In this document: in pieces, positions 10,539 to 21,900 of the stretch | Numbering within the stretch: the stretch's first letter is position 1 | Layout of the letters: every line of letters starts with the position of its first letter | Assembly (NCBI GenBank): GCA_020184695.1 | Contig: JAANOX010000033.1 | Span: 124,001 to 188,000, forward strand | Source: Histomonas meleagridis 2922-C6/04-290x | Taxonomy: Eukaryota; Protista; Parabasalia | Direction of reading: 5' to 3' | DNA: 64,000 nt | The notes under the pieces: model-generated | The model's input: only the letters and a program-made list of their open reading frames with translations | The model's database searches: none | Told to the model about the DNA's origin: nothing | Program-made: the position numbers and the translations under genes

Positions 10539-10867
10539 TTATATTTATAATAAAACATAAATGAATATGAATTGTATAAACAAAAAATAAGACACAAAAC
10601 TAAATTAAATTATATCAAGACATTAAAAATAAGTTCAGTCAAAATTTTCCCATTATTTATATTGTACACATCTTGAGCATGCGCTTTTTTATGTACTTTA
10701 ATATATATACTTCAGAAAAAATGAAAAAATTGGACTCGCATTTTGTTAATTTCCAACCAGCAGCCTTTTAAATGAAATAAAAGGATAAATACAATATGTA
10801 ATTAAAAAAGATTTAGGAAAATAATATTTATATACTTCATACAAAAACAATTTATTTTTAAATGTAA

Positions 10868-11629
10868 CTATGAAATTGAAGACTTGATTACAGGATCATG
10901 ATAAATATCTTCTTTGCTCTGTTCTTCCAAAAACTTTTTTGATTTTTTGAGAATTTTAATTACGTTGTTTGCTTCTTCAAAGGAGAAAAATTGCTTTGGT
11001 TCATATATTCTTGTATATGTATTATGTTTTGTTTGTTCATGTCTTCTTTTTGTTTCAGTGCTTTTGCATTTTAAGTAAGAAAACATTTCTTGATCTTCTT
11101 TTTGGGTGATGGAATCAAATGGTTTGTTTTTACTTTTTTCAACTTTGAGAATTTCTTCAATTTCATTAATGCTGCGATGGATTTCCATTGTTTGTGTGTC
11201 TTTAAAGTTTTCAATATGATGTTTTATCAAAGTTCTATTTTTTTTAACTTCTTTAAGGAGTTCTTTGCATTGATCTTTTATCACAACCAATCGTTCTTTG
11301 TCTCTTCTTCGTTTTTCTAATAATAAATTTTTTTCATTTGAGAATGTTTTACAATTTTCGCAAACATCTTGAATTATTGATAAAAGATAAACTTGTTGAT
11401 GACTAATTTTTGAATATTCTTTTAATGGCTTTTGTATAACTGTTGATAAAATTCCTATGCTTTTTTTGTAAAAATCATTCCAGCCACTTATCTCATTTTT
11501 AATTATATGATATTTCTTTTGTAGCTCTCGTAATTCATTTGATAGCTTTGTCACTTGTTGTTGCTTACTGTCGATTTCTTTTTTATCTTCTTTGTTTTGT
11601 GGGTTTTCTTCTGTTTGCTGTAGTTCCAT
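10868..11629 (-). CDS. Hypothetical coiled-coil protein
   Basis: 253-codon ATG ORF, K/E/Q-rich with heptad-like character. No family motif recognised. Confidence 0.7.
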   Translation of the reverse strand: MELQQTEENPQNKEDKKEIDSKQQQVTKLSNELRELQKKYHIIKNEISGWNDFYKKSIGILSTVIQKPLKEYSKISHQQVYLLSIIQDVCENCKTFSNEKNLLLEKRRRDKERLVVIKDQCKELLKEVKKNRTLIKHHIENFKDTQTMEIHRSINEIEEILKVEKSKNKPFDSITQKEDQEMFSYLKCKSTETKRRHEQTKHNTYTRIYEPKQFFSFEEANNVIKILKKSKKFLEEQSKEDIYHDPVIKSSIS

Positions 11630-11848
11630 TGCCTTAACGTCTTTTTACCTATTGATTATTTCCAATAAAGCTATTCTTCATTATTATCAGTTAAAATCCT
11701 CCTTACATAAATCTGCTTATTAACCAGAGATTAAATGATCAACTTCAACCAAAAGCAGCATATATCATATTTCACTTTCAAAGATCAAAAACATATTTTT
11801 CATTCTTTTTTATTATCATTCAAACATATTATTAAACATAATTTTCAT

Positions 11849-13042
11849 TTATTCTTGTAAAAGGTTTTGCTCAATCTTTTCTCTATTCTTCGTCATAACA
11901 GCGCTAATGCTTTGCAGCCCATCCATTGCACCATTATTTGGGTCAATCTTTAATGCTTCATGAAAAGCTTCTCTTGCTTTTTGGTATTCTTGTATCATGA
12001 AGTAGCAATAAGCCATACGTATGAAAGCTTTTGCATATTTTGGATTAATTTCAATTGCACGTTCGCAATCTTTTATAGCCAAAGGAATCTCTCCAAGTTT
12101 CGAATATGCCACTGCTCTACTTGTATATAATGAATGATTATTCGGAGCGCGTTTAATAGCTTCTGTATAACATTTTATTGCTTCGGGATATTGGCCTTTT
12201 TCGAAGAATTCATTTCCTTCTTTTTTGGCTTTAATAGAAAGCTCTGGATCTAAATATTGTTCTGTTTTACGCTTCATAAGAAGGTCTTCAAGACGCTTCT
12301 TTTCGCGACTTATTTGCGGATCTTGTTTTTCAATAAGTGCAAAGTTTAATGCTTCGACACCTTTCTCAAGATTTCCAAGAGCAACATAATTAACAGATAT
12401 CTTTTGATATGCACGTGAAATATGTTCATATGGTGCAGAATTATCACGGCCAATTTTAATGGATTCTTTACAGATATCTATGGCTTCTTGATATTTCTTT
12501 TGTCGTGAAAGAACTGTAGATTTGTTGGTGTGATAAAGAACATTGGTTGGATCAAGTTTAATGGCAGCTTCATAATGTGAAAGAGCTGATTCTAAATTAC
12601 CATTCTTGAAATATAGATTACCAGCATTTTTCTCTTCTTCAGCTTTTTCCTTTTGTTCTTTTGTCGGCTTTGGGAATTCTTTTTTATGGTTTAAATGAGG
12701 TTTAAATGATTCTAATTGAATCTCTTTTTCAAATGGTTTGATAAGAACTTCAAGAACTTTCATTAAGTTTGCATCATTTTGATACTTGAAGGCATTTTCT
12801 GGACTGGTTTTGAGATCATCGATAATTTGGATAAATGAAGGATCACTAATTATATGAGCAATACTTGGAATCATTTTAAGAATGTCAAGTACTTGTGGAG
12901 CAAAGAGTTGATCCATTCCAAATCCTATCTGTGATTGAATTTTTTGAGTTTTTTTAAGGAATTTGTTTTCCCTTTCTTTTACTGATTCATAATTAATTGT
13001 ACTCTGTAGTTCTAAACTTTCTTGTGTTTGTGATGAAGACAT
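11849..13042 (-). CDS. STI1: Sti1/Hop-like co-chaperone, truncated (DP1-TPR2A-TPR2B only)
   Basis: First ATG at 13042 (the supplied 13102 start is TTG). DP domain DPSFIQIIDDLKTSPEN...DANLMKVL, TPR2A EKNAGNLYFK...LDPTNVLYHTNK and TPR2B KKEGNEFFEKGQYPEAIKCYTEAIKRAP align by eye to Hop. Confidence 0.8.
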   Translation of the reverse strand: MSSSQTQESLELQSTINYESVKERENKFLKKTQKIQSQIGFGMDQLFAPQVLDILKMIPSIAHIISDPSFIQIIDDLKTSPENAFKYQNDANLMKVLEVLIKPFEKEIQLESFKPHLNHKKEFPKPTKEQKEKAEEEKNAGNLYFKNGNLESALSHYEAAIKLDPTNVLYHTNKSTVLSRQKKYQEAIDICKESIKIGRDNSAPYEHISRAYQKISVNYVALGNLEKGVEALNFALIEKQDPQISREKKRLEDLLMKRKTEQYLDPELSIKAKKEGNEFFEKGQYPEAIKCYTEAIKRAPNNHSLYTSRAVAYSKLGEIPLAIKDCERAIEINPKYAKAFIRMAYCYFMIQEYQKAREAFHEALKIDPNNGAMDGLQSISAVMTKNREKIEQNLLQE

Positions 13043-13525
13043 AAAAAATTGTGGATGTTTCCCAAACCGCTGGCTGATTATATTTTCGAATGAAAAATTC
13101 AAACTTATTATTTTTCATTCTATTTTTGTGAGAAATTTGTTTGTTAACAGAAATCAGATACAATCCTCAGAATTTTGAATTGAGACAACAGTAATAAAAT
13201 TCTGACTCCAGAAAGTCACACTAAGAAAGTTAAACGGTATTTCTCACCAGCGGCAAACTTTATTTCATTAACTTGTTAAAGCTATAAATATAAAAATATT
13301 TTGATCACAAGGAAACAAAAGAATTCCATCATTTCGATGCATAAAAATTGCATCATAAAATGACTAACGGCTTAATTCGGGTTGCCCCATGCTTAAGGGC
13401 TGTTACTGTTCGTATTGACAAGCGAAGATGCTAAAAATGATATCATTTTGTTTGTGTTCACCAAAAATAAAAATTTTTATTCATTTTAATTTTTTCCTTT
13501 AAAATCTTTTTATCACATTTTAACT

Positions 13526-16500
13526 TTATTCGTCTCTCATAATATATATTAATATAAATTCAGCCAATAACATTATTACTGCAAAGAAAACCATTGCCAT
13601 CTCTGTCACTTTCTTCTCTTTAGCTCTTCTTATTGAGTCCATTCGTATTTCGGATAGTCTTTTGTTTGTCTTGTCAATTCTCTCATTAATTTCATTGTCA
13701 TTTATGTTTGGATTATTTTCGAGCCATTTTCTTGCATCATTTAATTCATTAATCATTTCGTCCGCGTACTTTTTCTTTAGATTCATATAGCTTGGAATTT
13801 CCTCAATTGAGTTATCAATGCTCGAAAGCGCGTGATCATAACGATCTTTGTTGCGAAGAATATTGGCTACTTTCTCATCACTATCTTCACGTTTTTGATT
13901 GATTACTTGAGCATCGTTACATGTGTCGACATTATCTTTGAACCAATTTTCGGTATAATAAATTTCTTGAAGTGCTTTTTTGATTTTAGGGTTCGTTTGA
14001 TCATATGAATCTGATAAAAGTAGTTCTCGTGTTAATGTTATGTATTCTTTCATATCTTTGATTGCATATTCAAGTTGTTCTTGTTTTAGAATGGAATTTT
14101 GCACATTTCTTTTTGTTTCTTCTAATTTGTTTTTGATTTGGTCAAGATCAGGATCAATGTTTTTTTGAAGCCATTCATTGGATTCTTTAATTATATTGAT
14201 TGCATTTTGGATATGTTTTTTAGTTGTGTCGTATTTATTTTTAATTATTTCATTCGTTTCTTGATTATAATCGTTTAACTCTTGTTTTATACGTTCAATA
14301 TGATTTTGTTCTTCAAGTAATTCTTCGATATTTTGTTTCGTTTCTTCAAATTTGTTGTTGATTAATTCAAGATCGGAAATTTCGTTTTCTTGAATCCATT
14401 TTTTGGTTTCATCAATTATTTTAATTACATTTTTGACATTCTTTTTAGTATCATCATATTGATCTTCGATTCTATTAGTTACTTCATAAATATATTCATT
14501 AATTCCCAAAATTGCTAAGTCAATTGGATCATTTGTCTCGAATAAATGTTGTACTCTTTTTTGCGTTTCATCAAATTTATCATTTATCTCTTCAAGACTA
14601 GGATCAGAATTTTCAAGCCAAACTTTCGCATTTTGAAGTTCACCAAGCGCTTTTTGTATGTTGCGTTTACTTTTGTCTTCTTCGTTGACTGAATTTGATT
14701 TTTCTTCTATATAACTAATGAATTTTTTAATTGTTTCTTCAATTTGTTGTTGATTTCCGAATAAATCTTTGAGTTTTAATTCAATTTCATTAAATTCATT
14801 ATCAATTTGTTCATAATTTGGATCATTGTTTTCTTGAATCCATTTTTCTAAGTCATTTATTAATTCGCATACTTTTTTAATGTTATTTTTATTTTTGTTA
14901 TAATTCGTTTCAATTAATTCTCGTTTTTCAGTGATATAATTTTTAATTTCATTTATTGAATTATCGATTTTCTTTTGATCATCAAATAAATTTTGGATTT
15001 TTTCTTTATTTTCATTGATTTTAGATTCGATTGTTTCCGTCTTTATATTAGTATCTGGATAACTTTCATTAATCCATTTTTTAGTTTGATCAAGGACACT
15101 AATTATATTTTTGATGTTTTTCTTATTTTTGTCATAATCATTCTCAATTAATTCAATAATTTGAGATTCATATTGATTAAATGCATCAATTGGATCATCC
15201 TTATTAAGTAATTCATTCATTTGTTCTTTGATTTCAATTATTTTATTTTTGATTTCAGTTATTTCATCATTTACATCAGATGTATTAAGTAACTTTTGTT
15301 TTTGAATCCAATTTTCAACTTCATCTAATTTTTGAAATGCATCTTTGATATATCTTTTATTTTGGTCACATTTCTTTAAATTTGAGACTTCATTTTGGAT
15401 ATATTCCATTAAAATTTTCTTCACACTTAAAAATTCCATAAGTTGTTCATCTTCTTCTTTTAATTTATCAATTTCTTCATCATTAAGTCTTCCTTTATTA
15501 CTTGTAATTGTAATTCCATTTGATTGTTTAGTTGCTTCGGATTCAGCTTTAACAGTAAGAATACCATTTTCATCAACATTGAAAGTAACAGAAATATCAT
15601 TATTGGTATTATTAGCATCATAAGTTTCATTCTCAAGTCTAAATTTCCCAAGTTCAAAGTTATTTGCAAGCACAGGATCTTCTCCTTGATAAATATTAAT
15701 TATTATATTTTTTGATTTTTTGAATTCATATTCTTTTTTCTGAGATGTTGGAATTGTTGTGCCACGTTTTAGTATAATATCCATAAAATAATCACCATTT
15801 TGTTTCTTAGCTTTAATGCCAAGTGAATGTGGAATTACATCTCGTATAATTAATTTTTCTTTTTCGTCGGGATTCGTAAGATTTGCTGCTATTAGTGCTG
15901 CGCCTTGTGCAACTGCTGTTTCTGGATCAATGCCTCGAAGTGGGTCTTTTCCAAAGTATTCCCAAAGCATTTCACGTACATATGGGATTTTGGATGAACC
16001 ACCAACAAGGACAATATCATCAATGTCTTCAGGTTCCATATTAATCTCATTAATGAGATTTTTAATAGTGGCTAATGTTGTTTGAAATAGAACCTTATTC
16101 ATATTTTCGAATTCTTCGCGTGTTATAGATTCTTTGAAATCAATTCCATGATATAAATTTGGACAATACAAATCGGTTTTGTTCATTTGCGATAAATTAA
16201 TTTTTCCCTTTTCGCATTCACCCTTTAATATACTTCTCGCTCGTAAATCTTTGCTGATGTCGCAATTATTTTTTTCGTTGAAGATTTTGATGAAATGCTC
16301 AACCATGTTGTTATCAAAATCTTGACCACCAAGATGCATATTACCATCTGTCGCTAAGACTGTGTAACAATTGTCTTCGGCTTCAAGAATTGAAACATCA
16401 AATGTACCACCACCAAGGTCATACACGAGAACATGTTTCTTTCCTGGTGACTTGTTATTGTAACAATATGCAATAGCTGCAGCCGTTGGTTCATTGATAA

Positions 16501-17011
16501 TTCGGATGACATTTAAACCTGCAAGTTTGCCTGCATCTTTTGTTGCTTGACGTTGACCGTCATTAAATGATGCTGGAACTGTAATGACCGCATCAACAAC
16601 TTCATAGCCAAGATATTCCTCAGAAGCTTCTTTTGATTTCTTTAAGATTTGTGCTGAAATTTGTTCTGGATATAAATATATGTTTCCCCATTTAATGATG
16701 GGACGACCATATGGCCCTGGCTTTACCTTAAATGGCCAAGTATGAAGAGCTTCTATATTTGAAATATTTGAGTATTGAAGACCAATCAAGCGCTTAATAT
16801 CAAAAAATGTATATTCAGGATTCATAGGCGCTCCGTCTTTTGCAGGATCACCAACAAGCACTTCATCATCTGTATAAGAAACTATTGATGGAATTGCGTA
16901 TTTATCATTAAACTTTATATTCTCGACTCCATTTCCGTTGTTTTTATAAGCAGCACTAGTGTATGTGGTACCAAGATCTATTCCAATTGCAGTGCACTTC
17001 TTTGGTTGCAT
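13526..17011 (-). CDS. Atypical Hsp70 A: ATPase + SBD-beta + 8 helical repeats + C-terminal TM anchor
   Basis: ATG at 17011 (the supplied 17065 start is GTG). Motifs: GIDLGTT, TVPASFNDGQRQATKDAG, EPTAAA, DLGGGTFDVS, LVGGSSKIP, SBD-beta TFNVDENGILTV. C-terminus MAMVFFAVIMLLAEFILIYIMRDE. Confidence 0.93.
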   Translation of the reverse strand: MQPKKCTAIGIDLGTTYTSAAYKNNGNGVENIKFNDKYAIPSIVSYTDDEVLVGDPAKDGAPMNPEYTFFDIKRLIGLQYSNISNIEALHTWPFKVKPGPYGRPIIKWGNIYLYPEQISAQILKKSKEASEEYLGYEVVDAVITVPASFNDGQRQATKDAGKLAGLNVIRIINEPTAAAIAYCYNNKSPGKKHVLVYDLGGGTFDVSILEAEDNCYTVLATDGNMHLGGQDFDNNMVEHFIKIFNEKNNCDISKDLRARSILKGECEKGKINLSQMNKTDLYCPNLYHGIDFKESITREEFENMNKVLFQTTLATIKNLINEINMEPEDIDDIVLVGGSSKIPYVREMLWEYFGKDPLRGIDPETAVAQGAALIAANLTNPDEKEKLIIRDVIPHSLGIKAKKQNGDYFMDIILKRGTTIPTSQKKEYEFKKSKNIIINIYQGEDPVLANNFELGKFRLENETYDANNTNNDISVTFNVDENGILTVKAESEATKQSNGITITSNKGRLNDEEIDKLKEEDEQLMEFLSVKKILMEYIQNEVSNLKKCDQNKRYIKDAFQKLDEVENWIQKQKLLNTSDVNDEITEIKNKIIEIKEQMNELLNKDDPIDAFNQYESQIIELIENDYDKNKKNIKNIISVLDQTKKWINESYPDTNIKTETIESKINENKEKIQNLFDDQKKIDNSINEIKNYITEKRELIETNYNKNKNNIKKVCELINDLEKWIQENNDPNYEQIDNEFNEIELKLKDLFGNQQQIEETIKKFISYIEEKSNSVNEEDKSKRNIQKALGELQNAKVWLENSDPSLEEINDKFDETQKRVQHLFETNDPIDLAILGINEYIYEVTNRIEDQYDDTKKNVKNVIKIIDETKKWIQENEISDLELINNKFEETKQNIEELLEEQNHIERIKQELNDYNQETNEIIKNKYDTTKKHIQNAINIIKESNEWLQKNIDPDLDQIKNKLEETKRNVQNSILKQEQLEYAIKDMKEYITLTRELLLSDSYDQTNPKIKKALQEIYYTENWFKDNVDTCNDAQVINQKREDSDEKVANILRNKDRYDHALSSIDNSIEEIPSYMNLKKKYADEMINELNDARKWLENNPNINDNEINERIDKTNKRLSEIRMDSIRRAKEKKVTEMAMVFFAVIMLLAEFILIYIMRDE
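13650..15430 (-). repeat. Eight degenerate ~75-codon helical repeats inside Hsp70 A
   Basis: Trp codons (plus-strand CCA at 15308, 15074, 14840, 14618, 14396, 14171, 13943, 13724) recur every 219-234 nt. Each lies in a helix-W-x-(E/D/K)-N-like context followed by another amphipathic helix. Boundaries are approximate. Confidence 0.85.
15881..16623 (-). repeat. Left arm of inverted near-identical patches shared by the two Hsp70 genes
   Basis: By-eye alignment: 16466-16623 is the exact reverse complement of 19346-19503 (158 bp). 16193-16433 matches 19536-19776 (241 bp, 1 mismatch seen). About 15881-16030 matches about 19940-20088 with a few mismatches. Confidence 0.88.
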
Positions 17012-17780
17012 GCAAAAATAATGGTAAAATATGCCAAATACAAAAAACTGACGTAACCGTAACACTTTTCAATTTCTTTGTTAAAATGAGATCTAGATTC
17101 TCTTACATATTTAATATAAATGAATATATATTCTCACATTATGATATATATACTTTAAATTATCACATAGATTTAAAATCAATTTCGTCATAAGAAATTC
17201 ATATTTTGACATTAGAAAATCAATAACTTTTTGATCTAAAATTTTAGATCGAATGGCAGCTGATCAAATATCATTCATTCAAACACGATATAGTGTCAAA
17301 TATATTTGACAAAAAGTGTACTTAACTTGAAAAATAAATAAAAATCATTTTTTTACGAAATTCGCTCCTTAGATATTTTTAATCCTAGTACTTACATTTA
17401 CATACTTATTTCAATGAAGTATGTCAATTAAAATATCTTTTATCGGCTTATATTTAAGACATCATATTTTTAAAATTCAATATATATTTGGTGGAATCGT
17501 CCATTTTTTTCAATAAATTTGAATGAAGCAAACAATATTTAAAGGTATGATGGAATACCTAATGAATATATTTTTTAGCCTTTCTGTTCGTTATTTTTGT
17601 TAATTATGCTTTTTGATATAAATTGGCAAAAATTAATTGAGTAGTTTATTCAAATTATCCCTTCAATCGTTCTCATTCAAATCCGATTGCCCCCCTTATC
17701 AAACGTTCTACCGAATTGAAATGAAACTAGAGACATTTTAATAAGTGACATGATTATCAAATCCCCAGTAAAATTTTTAT

Positions 17781-18560
17781 TTATATCTGCAAAACATTAT
17801 TTCGCATTTCTTCGTTAACTGGTTCAAATTCTTCTGTTGATGTAATATTTTTGTTTGAACTTTTCACATTGTTTCGCATTTTACTTCTTCGAATTAATGT
17901 TATAACAAATCCTGTAATTAAAAGAACAATAGTAATTGAGCCACAGATAATACCAAACAATCCTAACGATGGTATTTTTGCATTTTGTGTTTCTGTTTGT
18001 TTAACTGCATATAATTTATTATAAGAAAATGCGATATTTGAAGTATTTGCAGTTATAAATTTATTCGAATTTGTAAATGTATTTGATTTAGTAAATGTAT
18101 TCGAAAATGTATTTGTTGGTGGAAGACATTCATTGACAGTTTTATCACTGAATGTAAATGATGTTATCATATTAGATCTCACTTGTATATTCTGAAATGC
18201 ATTTTCACCAATAATTGGTGAGCTTTCTCCATTATAACATTTAAGTTGATCGTAATCTTGAAATGTTTCATCTCCAATTGTCTTTAAATTCTCTCCCAAT
18301 GTGACCCATTCTAAATTAGTACATGTACAAAATGCACGATATTCATTCGTTGTAATTAATGTTGGAATTGTAACTGTATCACTAATTTGCACCGTTTCAA
18401 GCATTCAATTTTGGAATTGATGTGACTCCACTTGAAACAATAATATTTAATGCGTTCGTATTATAACTTTATAAATTGGCTATATTATCAGACCTTGTAA
18501 TTGCAATTGTTTGTGTATTATAATTTCATGATACTGAATGTGAATATTAGAAAAACCATA
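17781..18560 (-). pseudogene. Decayed BspA-like surface protein gene between the two Hsp70s
   Basis: The ORF 17781-18404 has LRR remnants (LEWVTLGENLKTIGDETF), an SNTF stalk and the TM GIICGSITIVLLITGFVITLI. The BspA-type N-terminus (NALNIIVSSGVTSIP) lies upstream in another frame with stops. The 5' boundary is approximate. Confidence 0.75.
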
Positions 18561-18928
18561 AGCAACGAATTAATTAAAATTTCGTATACTTCAATCTTAT
18601 ATTTTATTATATTATTTCTTAATAAATTTAAAATAAAAGTTAAAAGAAAAACTATAACTATTGAGCAAATTATATAATTTAGATTATAACTATCAGAAAT
18701 ATGTATCAATAATGTCTGAATTTGCATAAACAATTTCACGTCATTAGGAGAGAGCTTATGACCTGTTGGTCTTATTTTTGATATAATAAATGATTCATCA
18801 ATGCGCCTTCTATCGTTCCTGTATTACTCAGAAATTATTTAACCGTCAATTTCAACGTTCACCTCAACTCGAGTTTGGCATATTTTGCTTTTGCGGTTTT
18901 AGAATGCAGTTTGGCATTTTTAATTGAA

Positions 18929-18933
18929 TCATT
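18929..18933 (+). promoter_or_regulatory. Inr-like element TCATT
   Basis: TCAYT/A consensus starting 20 nt upstream of the Hsp70 B ATG at 18949. Confidence 0.5.
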
Positions 18934-18948
18934 TTTTAATTTGCTAGG

Positions 18949-21900
18949 ATGAAAAATAACAAACGACATACAACTGTAGGTATTGATCTTGGTACCACAT
19001 ACTCCTCTATTTCTTTATGTATTGATGGACAAACTACAATAATTGCTGATAATTCGGGAAATTCTGCAATACCTTCATATGTTACTTTTTACAAAGATGG
19101 TATATTAGTTGGCTCTTCCGCAAAGAACTACGCGCCTATATGTCCACAAAACACAATTTTTGATTCAAAGCGTATGATTGGGCTAAAATACAAAGATATT
19201 GTAGAAGAAAAAATGTATTGGCCATTCGAAGTTGTTGAAAGAGAAAACGGACTTCCAAAAATTAAGGTTAATTGGTGCGATAAAATTCGCTTCTTCTATC
19301 CAGAACAGATTTCAGCACAAATCTTAAAACAACTTAAAACAAATGCTGAGGAATATCTTGGCTATGAAGTTGTTGATGCGGTCATTACAGTTCCAGCATC
19401 ATTTAATGACGGTCAACGTCAAGCAACAAAAGATGCAGGCAAACTTGCAGGTTTAAATGTCATCCGAATTATCAATGAACCAACGGCTGCAGCTATTGCA
19501 TATGGTGTTCATAACAATTCACCAGAAAAGAAGCTTGTTCTCGTGTATGACCTTGGTGGTGGTACATTTGATGTTTCAATTCTTGAAGCCGAAGACAATT
19601 GTTACACAGTCTTAGCGACAGATGGTAATATGCATCTTGGTGGTCAAGATTTTGATAACAACATGGTTAAGCATTTCATCAAAATCTTCAACGAAAAAAA
19701 TAATTGCGACATCAGCAAAGATTTACGAGCGAGAAGTATATTAAAAGGTGAATGCGAAAAGGGAAAAATTAATTTAACAGGTCTTAAAACTGTACCAATC
19801 AAATGTCCAAAACTTTATAATGGAATTGATCTTGAAGCTGTTATAACACGCGAAGAATTCGAAGATATGAATAAGGATCTATTTCAAACAACATTAACCA
19901 CAATTAAAAACGTTCTTATACGCATTGGAAAGACCCCTAAAGACATTGATGATATTGTCCTTGTTGGTGGTTCATCCAAAATCCCATATGTACGTAAAAT
20001 GCTTAAAGCATACTTTGGAAAAGACCCACTTCGAGGCATTGATCCAGAAACAGCAGTTGCACAAGGCGCAGCACTTATAGCAGCAAATATAGCAGAAGGC
20101 GAAGAAAAGAAGTTTAAATTTAAAGATATTCTTCATCATTCTTTAGGTCTCAAAGTTGGAAGGGATCAAATGGATTTTGTATTAAAAGCAGGCAGAGATA
20201 TTCCATGTAATGAAACAGCAACATATCGTACAATAGATACTAATCAAAATAGAATGGATTTAGACGTTTATGAAGGCGAAAATGTGAGTGTAACCAAAAA
20301 TCAATTTCTTGGAAAAATAATGATTGAAGGTATTCCACCTGGTCCACCTGGATCACAAAAAATTGATGTTAATTTTCAAATTGATGAAAATAACATTTTG
20401 ATTATTAATGGAAAATTACAAAATTCGGATCAAAATAATTTACTTGAAATTATGTTAAATAAGTCGAATCTTACTGAACAAGAAGTAATTGAAATTTCCG
20501 AACAAGAAAAAATAGATAATGAATACTTTGAGAAACTTGAAAAGACAAAAGATGATTTAATGAATTATATTAGTGAAATTAAGAATGAAATTAATAATTA
20601 TGATGATAAAGACAATCAAAATATTAGAGATGCTGAAGATAAGATTAATGAACTTGAAATATGGTTTGAAAATACTGATAATGAATATACTCTTAAATCA
20701 ATTAATGAAAAATTAAATCAAACGAAAGAAGTAATTCAACAATTACTTATACCAAAACCAACATATAAATTGAATATGTATATTAAACAAATAAATGGTA
20801 ATGAATTAACAATTCCTTTAAGTAAACAACTTCAAAATATAAAAGCAGATATAGAAAATTGGATCAATGATAACAAAGATGTTGGCGAAGATGAAGTTAC
20901 AATTAAACATAACGAAACTAAAGACAAAATCGATGATTTGTTTAACATACAAAATCAAATTAATGAATCGATTAAAGAATTCAATGAATACATTCAAAAA
21001 GAAAAAGATTCAATTGAAGAAAATCAAGAATTATATCATTATATTAAATTAGAATTACAAAAAGTAATTAATGAATCCGAAGATTTTATTGACCATGAAA
21101 AAGATAACTTCGACAATTCAAATGAAATTTCATCAAAATATAATGAAATCAAAGATAAAATCAAACATTTATATGATCAACAAGACAAATTAAAAGATTT
21201 AATTAATGAATTTAATGATTATCTTCAAAAGACAAAAGATGAAAATAACGAATTAACAAATAACATTAAACAAAAACTTGAACGATTAATTGAAGAAGGA
21301 GAAAATTATCTAAATTATGAAAAAGATAATTATAATTTGGATGATGTTAATAAGAAATATAATGAAATCAAAGATAAAGTGAATAAATTATTAAACAAAG
21401 ATAAAGAAATCAAAGGAAAAATTCAACAATTTAATGAATATATCCAAAACACAAAAGATCAAATCAAAGACAATAAACAAAAGATAATCAACGAAGTTAA
21501 AGTAGAAGTTGAAAGTAAAATCGAAAATGTCGAAAATTGGTTACAAGAAGAACATAAATTAAAAGAAATCAATTCGGAATTCGATAAATTCACGCAAGAT
21601 ATCAAACTTTTAATTGGGGAACTTATTATTTACCCTGAGCCAACACCAACGCCAACGCCCGATAACAACGAAGAAAAGTCAGAAATCGAGATTGTAAAAT
21701 CATGTTTCAATGATTACATTCAAGAAACATTGGATGACATCGATAGTGGCTGTTATAATCGCGCAGAAGTGGAGAAACAAAAAGAAGCAAAGAACGTACT
21801 GACTGAAGCGAAGAATTGGGTTAATAATGATGAGCTGTCTGTCAAAGAAGTGAACGAAAAATTGGATCAAATCAAAAAAGAAGTCCTCGATTTGATTGGA

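Noticed and set aside
17011-17065. Signal peptide on Hsp70 A (MLRLRQFFVFGIFYHYFC), implying a BiP-like luminal protein
   Set aside because: The supplied start at 17065 is GTG. The first ATG is at 17011, and paralog B also begins directly at the ATPase domain.
15881-20088. Terminal inverted repeats of a transposon carrying the central BspA relic
   Set aside because: The inverted identities lie inside Hsp70 coding sequence and are patchy. No transposase or target-site duplication was seen.
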